Source of the DNA: an uncultured cyanobacterium
GTDB lineage: Bacteria; Cyanobacteriota; Cyanobacteriia; Cyanobacteriales; CAWUOF01
DNA length: 64,000 nt
Assembly (NCBI GenBank): GCA_963744145.1
Contig: CAVUSO010000001.1
Span: 3,360,001-3,424,000, forward strand
Reading direction: 5' to 3'
Shown here: one piece after another, positions 29,802-39,313 of the stretch
How positions within the stretch are numbered: position 1 is the first letter of the stretch
Layout of the letters: each line of letters begins with the position of its first letter
Notes under the pieces: model-generated
The model's database searches: none
The model's input: the letters and a program-made list of their open reading frames with translations, nothing else
What the model was told of the DNA's origin: nothing
Position numbers and translations under genes: made by a program

Positions 29802-32800
29802 CTATTTTCTGATTTTAATTTTACCATTTTGATGTTCCGCTGAGGGTTGTAGTAATTTTTTCTGCCCCAATTGGCTGTTCGCTCTGAATATTTTTTCTTT
29901 CCAACCACCGCGCAAAAATTGTTCCAATCCCTGTTGGAAACTATCAATATAGGTAAATAATACTGGAACTACTACTAAAGTCAGCAGTGTCGAAGTAGTA
30001 AAACCCCCAATTACGGCGATCGCCATCGGAGCCCGGATCTGGGAACCAGCACCAATCCCTAACGCGATCGGCATCATTCCCGATATGGTGGAAACTGAAG
30101 TCATCATAATTGGACGTAAACGTGATACTCCAGATTCTAGTACCGCTTGCGATCGCGACATTCCTTCCGCTTGATTACTTAATGCACAATCTACTAATAA
30201 GATCGCATTTTTGGTCACCAATCCCATTAGTAACACAATTCCAATTAGCGCAAATAGCCCTAATTCTTTTTGCATTACCATCAATCCCATTAAAGCACCA
30301 CCGACAGATAAAGGTAAAGCTACTAAAATAGTTAACGGAATCAAAAATCCGTTATATAATAGCACTAAAATTGCATAAATACATAATATTGCCATACCGA
30401 GTGCCCCCAAAAAGCGCCCAAAAATGTCTTGCATGATTTTCGCATCCCCTGCTGACTGCTGAGAAACATCGGTCGGGAGAGGATTTAAAGCTGGTAAAAC
30501 TTTTATTTTATCTAGAGCATCTCCTAATGATATCCCTTGTAAATTGGCTTCAACTGATACCTGACGAGCGCGATCGTAACGGTCGATTTTAGCTGGACCG
30601 CTGCCCAAGGTAATATTTGCGACAGCCGATAAAGGAACCATTTGTCTCGTTTGACTAGGAATCTGAATATTTTTCAAAATATCCAAATTGTTGCGAAATT
30701 CCTCAGCTAATAAAACCCGAATGGGAATTTGTCGATCGGGTAAATCAAACTTAGCTAAATTAGCGTCAATATCTCCTAATGTTGCTAAAGAAGCTGTATG
30801 AGCGATCGCAGATACAGAAACCCCTAGATCTGCTGCTCTTGCTGGGTCTGGTTTGATTAAAATCTCTGGTTGAACTAAACTAGCACTAGAATATACTTCC
30901 ACTAGACCGGAAATTTCTCGCATTTGTCGTTCTAAATTTTCAGCAGTTTGATTCAGAGCAGTTGCATTTTCGCTTTTCAGTAGAATTGTTACATCTTTAT
31001 TATTACCCGCTCCACCACCACTTAAAAAACCAATATGAGCCCCAGGTATTTCTTGAAATTGCGATCGCATTTCCTGCTCAAATTGCTGCTGAGAAATCTT
31101 TCTTTCTTCTCGCGGTGTCAGATTAACATAAAGCGTACCTGAATTGACATTGATATTACCATTTTCATTATTCCCTGCTGTAGCTAAAACACCTGTAACA
31201 ATCGGATTTTCCCGTAATAATTTAGTGAGTCTGTTCATGACTTTTTCCGTGTCATTAACAGTAGAACCTGGAGGTAGTTCAATTGTCACTGTACTTAACC
31301 CAATATCGCCACTATTAAATAAACCTTTAGGAATTAATGGAACTAGCATCAAGCTACCAATAAAGAAAACTATCGCGATCGCTAAAGTTGTTAATCTATG
31401 TCTTAATGACCAACTCAGTAAACTACGATAAGGATGAAATTGTGTTGGGAAAATCCCAAATTTTTTACCTAACTTATCTTTTTGGTGATGTTGATGTTTC
31501 GTACCCCTCATTACAAATGCTCCTAACATCGGGGTCATGGTTCGAGCTACTAAAACAGAAAATGAAGTAGATACCGCTACTGTTACTCCAAACGGTCCAA
31601 AAAATTGACCAGGAATTCCCCCCATAAAAGCTACGGGTAAGAATACTGCAATAATTGTTGCACTTGATGCTAATACAGCAAACCCAATTTCAGCTGAGGA
31701 ATCTAAGGATGCTTGTTCTGGACTTTTTCCCATTTCCAGATGTTGATCAATATTTTCTACTTCTACTACTGTATCATCTACCAAGTTACCCACTGTCAGT
31801 GCTAATGCTAACAAAGTCATTCCATTGAGAGTGTAACCTAGTAGGTTCATGACCGCATAAGTGGGAATAATTGATAGGGGTAAAGAAACTGCTGTAATTA
31901 AAGTTGGTCTCCAATCGCGCAAAAATATTAAAATTGCTATTACTGCGAGAATCGAAGCTTCGATTAAAGAGTGAATCGAAGCTTCATAAGCATCTATGAT
32001 CTCAGTAGCTTTAGTGAAAATAAGTTGAAATTTAATATCTGATGGGAGAGTTTTTTCTAAGTCCTGGATTGCGGTGCGTACTCCATGTTCGACACTAACC
32101 AGGGTACTACCTGTACTTCTGAGGATGGAAAAAGCAACTACTGGTTTACCTATGTCTAATTCAGAATTAAGGAGCGAGGATTTTTCTTTAGCTCCTTTAC
32201 CAACAGCAAAACGAGCTATTTGACGAGTTTCTGCTTGTCCATCTGTAACTTTTGCTAAACTTTCTAAGGATACTGCTGCACCACTAGGAAGGGTAATCTG
32301 ATATTTTCGTAATTTTTCTATACTATCCGCACTACCCAAAGTTCGGATACTCTGTTCACTACCACTTAAAGTTGATCTTCCTCCAGGTAAGTTAGTATTA
32401 AAAGCGCGAATTTGATCATTAACTTGAGTAGCAGTAATTCCTAAAGCTTGTAAGCGATCGGGATTGAGTTCGATCCTGATTTCTCGATCGATCCCTCCGA
32501 CGCGCTGAATCTGAGCAACTCCGGAAACTGCTAAGAGAGCGCGGGTAATTCTTCGATCTACTAAATCACTTAATTCTTCAACCGATCGCTGTTCTGATAC
32601 GACCGCGTAGGTCATAATAGAACCACCAGCAAATTCTAGTCTTTTGATGACTGGATCGTTAATATCTTGGGGGAGATTTTGTCTAATTTGAGCGATCGCA
32701 TTCCGCACATCATTAGTAGCGCGATCGCTATTAGTTCCCAGCACAAAATTTATCACTGTGGTAGATATCCCATCTTTAACTGTTGAGGTGAGGAAATCGA

Positions 32801-33035
32801 TATTTCCTAAACTAGCAACAGCATCTTCAACTTTTTTAGTTACTTGAGATTCTAATTCAGCTGGTCCAGCTCCTGTTTGAGTTACAGTAACGGAAACTGC
32901 TGGAACATCTATATTTGGATTAGAGTCAATCCCTAATTGAGTAAAAGACATCCAACCTACCATAGTCAATATTAAAAACATTACAATAGTAGGTAGAGGT
33001 TTTTTGATTGCCCAAGCAGAAAGATTAAAAGACAT
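29802..33035 (-). CDS. RND efflux permease (AcrB family)
   Basis: 1077 aa; LVDDTVVEVEN, KNAILLVD, RLRPIMMT. Confidence 0.95.
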   Translation of the reverse strand: MSFNLSAWAIKKPLPTIVMFLILTMVGWMSFTQLGIDSNPNIDVPAVSVTVTQTGAGPAELESQVTKKVEDAVASLGNIDFLTSTVKDGISTTVINFVLGTNSDRATNDVRNAIAQIRQNLPQDINDPVIKRLEFAGGSIMTYAVVSEQRSVEELSDLVDRRITRALLAVSGVAQIQRVGGIDREIRIELNPDRLQALGITATQVNDQIRAFNTNLPGGRSTLSGSEQSIRTLGSADSIEKLRKYQITLPSGAAVSLESLAKVTDGQAETRQIARFAVGKGAKEKSSLLNSELDIGKPVVAFSILRSTGSTLVSVEHGVRTAIQDLEKTLPSDIKFQLIFTKATEIIDAYEASIHSLIEASILAVIAILIFLRDWRPTLITAVSLPLSIIPTYAVMNLLGYTLNGMTLLALALTVGNLVDDTVVEVENIDQHLEMGKSPEQASLDSSAEIGFAVLASSATIIAVFLPVAFMGGIPGQFFGPFGVTVAVSTSFSVLVARTMTPMLGAFVMRGTKHQHHQKDKLGKKFGIFPTQFHPYRSLLSWSLRHRLTTLAIAIVFFIGSLMLVPLIPKGLFNSGDIGLSTVTIELPPGSTVNDTEKVMNRLTKLLRENPIVTGVLATAGNNENGNINVNSGTLYVNLTPREERKISQQQFEQEMRSQFQEIPGAHIGFLSGGGAGNNKDVTILLKSENATALNQTAENLERQMREISGLVEVYSSASLVQPEILIKPDPARAADLGVSVSAIAHTASLATLGDIDANLAKFDLPDRQIPIRVLLAEEFRNNLDILKNIQIPSQTRQMVPLSAVANITLGSGPAKIDRYDRARQVSVEANLQGISLGDALDKIKVLPALNPLPTDVSQQSAGDAKIMQDIFGRFLGALGMAILCIYAILVLLYNGFLIPLTILVALPLSVGGALMGLMVMQKELGLFALIGIVLLMGLVTKNAILLVDCALSNQAEGMSRSQAVLESGVSRLRPIMMTSVSTISGMMPIALGIGAGSQIRAPMAIAVIGGFTTSTLLTLVVVPVLFTYIDSFQQGLEQFLRGGWKEKIFRANSQLGQKKLLQPSAEHQNGKIKIRK

Positions 33036-33061
33036 AGGTAATATATGATAATTTTGATAGA

Positions 33062-34612
33062 TTATTCAGATACGATTTTGACGCGATCGCCATCTTTGAG
33101 ATATCCTGCTCCAGAAACTACAACTTGATCTTTTAACTCTAAACCAGATTTAATCGCTACTTTAGCATTAGCTAGATCACCTATTCCGGAACTGATAATT
33201 TCTCCAACTTGGACTTTTTGAGCTTGGACTTTATCTTCACCAACTAATCGATAAACTATTCCACTTCCATCGTTTTGTGGTAAAACAGATTTTACTGGAA
33301 TAGCAATCCCAAGAGTAGAATTTGTCTTAATTGCCGCACGTAAAAACATCCCTGGACGTAATATATTACTAGCAGGAAGATCAATCTTTACCGTTGCTAA
33401 TCGATTTTGAGCATCAACTAAAGCCGCAATTTCTCTAACCGTTCCCTGGATTTTGATCCGACTATCAGCATCAGAACTAATTCGGACTCCTGCTCCGATT
33501 TTGATTTGAGCTAATTGAGTTTCCGGAATTTTTGCTTGTAATTCTAACCGACCATCTTTAATAATCGAAAAAAGTTTTTGTGTATTGCTACTCACATCAC
33601 CAATCCGAGCGATTCTTTCTGCTATTATACCTTGACTGGGCGATCGTACTAAGGTTTGTTCTTGCTGAGTTTCTAACTGTTGAACTCTTGCTTGACTACT
33701 CCGGACATCAGCTTGGGCACTATTTAAGTTGGCTTGGGCACTATCGATATTCGCTTGAGCATTGGTAATATTAGCTTGGGCACTACTAATTTTTGCTTTA
33801 GCACTGCTAATATTAGCTTGAGCCACATGAACTGTTTCTTGGGCTGTAGCTGCATCAGTCGTGCGATTTTCTCCTTCTTGACGACTAATTGCACCTTGGT
33901 CAGATAAATCTTGATAGCGTTTTCGTTCCACTTCAGCTTGAGCTAATTTAGTCTGACTTTGAGCTAAAGTTGCTTGAGCTTGTTCTAGGTTAGCTTCTGT
34001 TTCTGCTTTATTTGCCAAACTTTGCTCTAAAGTTGCTTGAGCTTGACTTAGGGCTGCTTCTTTTTGTTTGACAATCGCCCGATTTGATTCTACAGTAGCT
34101 TTAGCTTGGTCAATTTGCGATCGCAAAACTGCATCATCAAGAATGGCCATAATTTGACCAGTCTCTACTACATCTCCGTCATCGACTAAAACTTGTTTTA
34201 TTTGCAATCCACTGGCTTGAGGTAATACTGGTAAAAGATCATAAGCTGCAACTGTACCAGTAGCATCCAGGGTAATATCAATTGTAGCTGTTTCCACCTT
34301 AGCAACTGTAACTGTTTGAGTCGAGCCAGATGTAGGTGTCTTACTAGAATCTGCGGTTGATTTTACTTCTGGTTTGGTCACGGTCAGTCCAATTAAGGAC
34401 ATTCCGACCATCCCGATCACCATTCCTATACCTACCCCAATCGCGATCGCACCCGTTATCCCTAGCTTTCGAGTTGGTTGATGATGCTTGAGTAGTGGTG
34501 GGGGATTAGTTGATTTTAATTCCTGGTCTTCAGTGGGACGATCTAGCAACTCTTCTCCCCTGATGTCAGTCTCTTGATCAACATCGATTTTTGTGAATTT
34601 CACCGATTCCAC
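33062..34612 (-). CDS. RND periplasmic adaptor (HlyD/MFP)
   Basis: N-terminal TM, lipoyl half motifs and a long coiled coil; upstream of the RND permease. Confidence 0.92.
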   Translation of the reverse strand: MESVKFTKIDVDQETDIRGEELLDRPTEDQELKSTNPPPLLKHHQPTRKLGITGAIAIGVGIGMVIGMVGMSLIGLTVTKPEVKSTADSSKTPTSGSTQTVTVAKVETATIDITLDATGTVAAYDLLPVLPQASGLQIKQVLVDDGDVVETGQIMAILDDAVLRSQIDQAKATVESNRAIVKQKEAALSQAQATLEQSLANKAETEANLEQAQATLAQSQTKLAQAEVERKRYQDLSDQGAISRQEGENRTTDAATAQETVHVAQANISSAKAKISSAQANITNAQANIDSAQANLNSAQADVRSSQARVQQLETQQEQTLVRSPSQGIIAERIARIGDVSSNTQKLFSIIKDGRLELQAKIPETQLAQIKIGAGVRISSDADSRIKIQGTVREIAALVDAQNRLATVKIDLPASNILRPGMFLRAAIKTNSTLGIAIPVKSVLPQNDGSGIVYRLVGEDKVQAQKVQVGEIISSGIGDLANAKVAIKSGLELKDQVVVSGAGYLKDGDRVKIVSE

Positions 34613-34844
34613 CTCTTCAACTGCTCAAGCTCTTTTCACCTACATTTTTATTATAACTTTATATTTTGCAAAAAAACTTTGTAAATTAGACCTCTGGCAA
34701 AAATAATTAGGACAGATCCATTGTGGGATAGGTATCTTCCCTATCCCATAAATTATGCAAAGGAACAATCCATCCAGCTTTATGATGTAAATTGAGTAAA
34801 ATTGGACAAATTACCTGAATATTTTGGTAAAAGGACAGCATCTA

Positions 34845-35981
34845 ATGAAAAAAAAGACCAATAATCGTTTTTTTTCACCCTTACAACAATTGTTACTTAC
34901 TTGGCTGCTAATATTACTAGCAGGTTGGCTGACCTTGATCGTCCTGGACTATTTTGGTAAATTAATTAGCATTTTAGTCAGTGCTGGTCTAATCGCCTAT
35001 TTGCTGAACTATGCAGTGGTGAAACTGGAACCATTTTTATCCCGTGGGTTCGCAGCGGCTTTGGTATATTTACTAGCGGGGATTGCGATCGCTGTGATTG
35101 GATTAACTATTGTCCCACCAGTTTTGAACCAAGCACAACAATTTACAGTCAGAATCCCAGAATTATTAGAATCTGGACAGCAACAATTAGCAGAGTTTCA
35201 AATTTGGAGTCGAGCCCGTAATTTACCCTTTGACGTTGAAATTTTACAGCAGCAATTATTAGTGCAAGTCCAAACCCAAGTCCAATCAATCGCTGCTCAA
35301 GGTTTTGGGTTGGTACTTGGTACTTTTAATGGTGTCCTGGATTTAATCATTGTGTTAGTTATTTCCTTTTATATGCTACTAGATAGCAACCGCATCTGGC
35401 GCAGTATGACCATTATTTTGTCCCCCACAATTCGGGAATGTTTGACGGAGTCTTTACAATATAACCTCCAGAGATTTATTTCTGGACAGCTATTATTAGG
35501 ACTGTTTATGGCAATTACTTTAACCTTAGCTTTTTTCTGGTTGAAAGTGCCATTTTTCTTACTATTTGCAGTTTTTATTGGGTTGTTAGAAATAATTCCT
35601 TTTGTGGGGGCAACGTTAGGAATTGCTGCTGTAACAATTATTGTCGTATTTATTGACTGGTGGTTAGCTTTAGAAGTTTTAGGAGTAGCGATCGCGATTC
35701 AGCAAGTGAAAGATAATTTAGTCACCCCGAGAATTATGGGCAATTTGACTGGGTTATCTCCGGTAGTTATTTTCATAGCTTTGTTATTAGGAGCAAAAGT
35801 AGGTGGGTTATTAGGTGTAATCTTAGCTATTCCTCTAACTGGTGTGGTAAAAAGTATTGCCGAAATCGTCTTCGATCCCAATCTTCCCCCCCAAACAGGA
35901 TCTTTTTTCCATAATCCGCTCATCCCCGATCCACCGACACAATTACTGGAATCTAATCAGGAAACTAACCAGTCAGAATAA
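34845..35981 (+). CDS. AI-2E family transporter
   Basis: Multi-TM protein; IIPFVGA, KDNLVTPRIMG, GGLLGVILAIP. Confidence 0.9.
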   Translation: MKKKTNNRFFSPLQQLLLTWLLILLAGWLTLIVLDYFGKLISILVSAGLIAYLLNYAVVKLEPFLSRGFAAALVYLLAGIAIAVIGLTIVPPVLNQAQQFTVRIPELLESGQQQLAEFQIWSRARNLPFDVEILQQQLLVQVQTQVQSIAAQGFGLVLGTFNGVLDLIIVLVISFYMLLDSNRIWRSMTIILSPTIRECLTESLQYNLQRFISGQLLLGLFMAITLTLAFFWLKVPFFLLFAVFIGLLEIIPFVGATLGIAAVTIIVVFIDWWLALEVLGVAIAIQQVKDNLVTPRIMGNLTGLSPVVIFIALLLGAKVGGLLGVILAIPLTGVVKSIAEIVFDPNLPPQTGSFFHNPLIPDPPTQLLESNQETNQSE

Positions 35982-36016
35982 AATTTAATTACCATTACCC
36001 CTTACCTATAACATAT

Positions 36017-37084
36017 ATGAATTGGTGGCAAAAGCTTAAAAAAAATCCTCTCTCTCAGTTAGGCATTTTTTTACTGATCACTTTTTATGTAGTCGTAATT
36101 GCCGCGGATTTTGTGGCACCTTACGATCCTTACGTTTCTCAACCTAATGGTTCCCTCTTACCACCTACTCATATTTATTGGTTTAATCAAAATCAAAAAT
36201 TTATCGGACCACATATCTATCCGACCACTCAAGGACCAGTTAATTTAGACACGGGCGATCGAGAACTGAAAGAAAATAAACAAAAACCTGCACCTTTACG
36301 CTTATTTGTCAAGGGAATACCTTATAAAATTTTGGGAATTATTCCTGTCGATCGACATCTTTTTGGTGCAGATGGGGAAGCGAAATTGAATATTCTGGGT
36401 ACAGATGAACAAGCTAGAGATCAATTTAGTCGTATTTTATATGGAGGTCGAATCAGTCTCAGTATCGGTTTAGTGGGAATATTAATTTCCTTTCCTTTGG
36501 GTTTATTAGTCGGGGGAATTTCTGGTTATTTTGGTGGCATAACCGATGCAATTTTAATGCGCTTAGTCGAAGTGCTAATGACAATCCCTAGTTTATATCT
36601 ATTAGTTGCTCTTGCTGCTGTATTACCTCCCGGATTAAGTAGCGTGCAAAAGTTTTTACTAATTGTCATTATTACTTCCTTTATCAGATGGGCAGGTTTA
36701 GCCAGAGTAATTCGGGGACAGGTACTTTCAATTAAAGAAAGAGAATTCGTGCAAGCAGGAAAAGCGATGGGGGGTTCACCTTTATATATTATTGTGCGTC
36801 ATGTTTTACCCCAAACAGCTAGTTACATAATTATCTCAGCAACTTTATCAATTCCTGATTTTATTATCTCTGAATCAGTTTTGAGTTTATTAGGTTTAGG
36901 AATTCAACAGCCTGATCCTTCCTGGGGTAATCTATTATCACTAGCAACAAATGCTTCGATTTTAGTATTACAACCTTGGTTAATTTGGCCACCAGCCATC
37001 TTAATTATTTTAACCGTATTAGCATTTAATCTGTTAGGAGATGGATTGCGCGATGCTCTCGATCCTCGGAGTTTACAGCGTTAG
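36017..37084 (+). CDS. Peptide ABC transporter permease (OppC/DppC-like)
   Basis: LGTDEQARD, ARVIRGQVLS, PDPSWG, FNLLGDGLRDALDP. Confidence 0.92.
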   Translation: MNWWQKLKKNPLSQLGIFLLITFYVVVIAADFVAPYDPYVSQPNGSLLPPTHIYWFNQNQKFIGPHIYPTTQGPVNLDTGDRELKENKQKPAPLRLFVKGIPYKILGIIPVDRHLFGADGEAKLNILGTDEQARDQFSRILYGGRISLSIGLVGILISFPLGLLVGGISGYFGGITDAILMRLVEVLMTIPSLYLLVALAAVLPPGLSSVQKFLLIVIITSFIRWAGLARVIRGQVLSIKEREFVQAGKAMGGSPLYIIVRHVLPQTASYIIISATLSIPDFIISESVLSLLGLGIQQPDPSWGNLLSLATNASILVLQPWLIWPPAILIILTVLAFNLLGDGLRDALDPRSLQR

Positions 37085-37093
37085 AAAATTTAA

Positions 37094-37210
37094 CACTTTT
37101 TAGCAAGACAATATGCAGGGTCTAAAAAATCCAAAATTGCCTTGTTAGTTCTAGATGGTCTATCCCTAGACCAATGGTTAGTATTGCGAAAAGTGCTGGT
37201 TACTCAAGAG
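37094..37210 (+). pseudogene. Internal remnant of a PglZ (BREX) phosphatase gene
   Basis: Manual translation HFLARQYAGSKKSKIALLVLDGLSLDQWLVLRKVL resembles the PglZ metal-binding strand. No start codon. Confidence 0.65.
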
Positions 37211-37232
37211 TATCTAAAAGGAATTTCATCTC

Positions 37233-37531
37233 ATACCAATTCACCATGAAGATACATTGATGTATATTGATCTGTGGGTGAGGGTGGGTTTTGATGATTA
37301 GTAGGTAAATGTCAAACATCTCGGTGAACCCGGGCGGGTTTTTCTAATTAATTGGTAAATTTCAAAAATCTGGGCGAACCCGCCCCTACTACAGAAATCC
37401 GCAAATTGAGGATAAAATTGGTAGGGGCAGGTTCACCAGTCAATTTTGCCACCAACAGATCACCATTATAAACCTGCCCTGACCTAACAGATCAACCTCA
37501 GATTAAGTGCAATTTCATAGTTAATTGGTAT
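37233..37531. mobile_element. MITE-like element with REP hairpins
   Basis: Imperfect TIR ATACCAATT(C/A)AC(C/T)ATGAA. Internal gtaggggcaggttcacc and aacccgcccctac. Sibling at 45099-45316. Confidence 0.7.
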
Positions 37532-37665
37532 CACATATATTCCTTTAAATCTTCGAGTGGTTGATTGAAATCATCAGACATAAATATTTGACCAACCCAA
37601 CTACCGTAACCATGAATTTCTTCAAGATTTTCTTGAGATGATTCACTTTTTGCATATTTTTCAAG
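37531..37665 (-). pseudogene. C-terminal fragment of a DUF2281-type antitoxin
   Basis: LEKYAK...HGYGSWVGQIFMSDDFNQPLEDLKEYM*. The usual N-terminal helix and a partner toxin are absent. Confidence 0.65.
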
Positions 37666-37829
37666 TGGCCAAATTTTCGGTAGTCCCTGCAAGATAGTAC
37701 AGGTACGAAAAATTAATAGTTTCGCATCGCATTCTGGTCGGATCAGAAAAATAGAGGGGTAGTAAATTTATGCAATTGGACTATATTATGGCATAATACT
37801 ACTATAGTTTAGAAAAATAACAGAGTAAG

Positions 37830-39179
37830 ATGGGATTAGACATCAGGAAATTTTACGAAGTTACTGACCCAAATAAGACGCTATTTGTGCAAGATCCAGA
37901 GGATAGGAAATATTATATCGATTTTGCCTCAGTCCGGGGTGGTAAGATTATTGAGAAATTGAAAAAGAAAATTTCCTTTTTATCCCCAGATCAACCTACC
38001 TGTGCTTTGTTTACAGGTCATATTGGTTGTGGGAAATCAACGGAATTATTGCGACTTAAAGCTGAGTTGGAACAGGAAGGTTTTCATGTTGTTTATTTTG
38101 AGTCCAGTGAAGACTTGGAAATGACTGATGTGGATATACCTGATATTTTACTCGCGATCGCGAAAAGAATTAGTCAAAGTCTAGAGAATATAGTGATAGC
38201 AGAACCGAAACGGTTATGGGATTTGCTCAAACAAACAGTTGATATTTTAGAGTTAAAAGTGGAAGGTAATGTCCCTGCAATTGGGAAAGTGGGAATAGGG
38301 GTGGATACAGAAAAAGCAAAAATGTCTCTTTCCTTTGGAATTGGGGAAATTACTACTAAGGTTAAAAGTGATGCTAAATTGCGGGAAAAATTGAACCAGT
38401 ATCTGGGACCACAAAAAAGTCATTTGATTACAGAGATTAATCGTGAGTTGATTGTACCTGCGATCGCGAAGCTGAAACAACATGGTAAAAAAGGATTAGT
38501 AGTAATTGTAGATAACTTGGATCGGATTGATAGTAGACAAAAAGCCTGGGGTCGTCCACAACAGGAATATTTATTTGTAGATCAAGCTGAATTCCTCACT
38601 AAACTTCAGTGTCATTTAGTATATACAATGCCCTTATCATTAAAATTTTCTAATGATTATGGGTTATTAAGTCAACGTTTTCCGGATGATCCTAAAGTAT
38701 TACCAATGGTTCCTGTGAAATCACGGGATGGTCAAGAGTATCAACCTGGGATAGTTTTATTAAAACAATTAGTTTTAGCTAGAGCTTTTCCTGAATTAGA
38801 TGAACAGGAACGTCTTGGTAAAATTTTGGAAATATTTGAGAATGAAACTACTTTAAATCATCTCTGCTATGCGAGTGGTGGTCATGTTCGAGATTTATTA
38901 AGATTATTAAATACTTGGATTGGTGAAGAATTAAGTCTTCCCCTCTCTTTGGCAACTCTTCATGATATCATTCGGGCTAGACGTAATGAAATGACTATGC
39001 CAATATCTGATCATGAATGGGAATTGTTACGTCAGGTTCGTGAAAGAAAAAAAGTTAGTGATGATCTTGGGTATCAAATCCTAATTCGGAGTAGGTTAGT
39101 ATTTGAATATCGAGATGAAAGAGGTGAGTCTTGGTTTGATATTAATCCGATTTTAGCAGAAGCAAGAGAACTAAATTAA
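37830..39179 (+). CDS. P-loop AAA-type ATPase
   Basis: Walker A GHIGCGKST, Walker B VVIVDNLD, SGGHVRDLL. Confidence 0.88.
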   Translation: MGLDIRKFYEVTDPNKTLFVQDPEDRKYYIDFASVRGGKIIEKLKKKISFLSPDQPTCALFTGHIGCGKSTELLRLKAELEQEGFHVVYFESSEDLEMTDVDIPDILLAIAKRISQSLENIVIAEPKRLWDLLKQTVDILELKVEGNVPAIGKVGIGVDTEKAKMSLSFGIGEITTKVKSDAKLREKLNQYLGPQKSHLITEINRELIVPAIAKLKQHGKKGLVVIVDNLDRIDSRQKAWGRPQQEYLFVDQAEFLTKLQCHLVYTMPLSLKFSNDYGLLSQRFPDDPKVLPMVPVKSRDGQEYQPGIVLLKQLVLARAFPELDEQERLGKILEIFENETTLNHLCYASGGHVRDLLRLLNTWIGEELSLPLSLATLHDIIRARRNEMTMPISDHEWELLRQVRERKKVSDDLGYQILIRSRLVFEYRDERGESWFDINPILAEARELN

Positions 39180-39313
39180 ATTGATCCGAACATAAACAAT
39201 TAAATTTGTAGGGGGTGCGTTAATCGATCAATTCTGATCCATCCAGATAACTATCATAAACCCACTCCGATCGCTAATGAAATACAATTTTATCATAAAT
39301 TGGTAATCCCATT

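Noticed and set aside
28823..29947. Short ORFs 28823-29125, 29197-29379, 29509-29709 and 29723-29947
   Set aside because: They overlap intron RNA or repeats and show no RT/maturase motifs.
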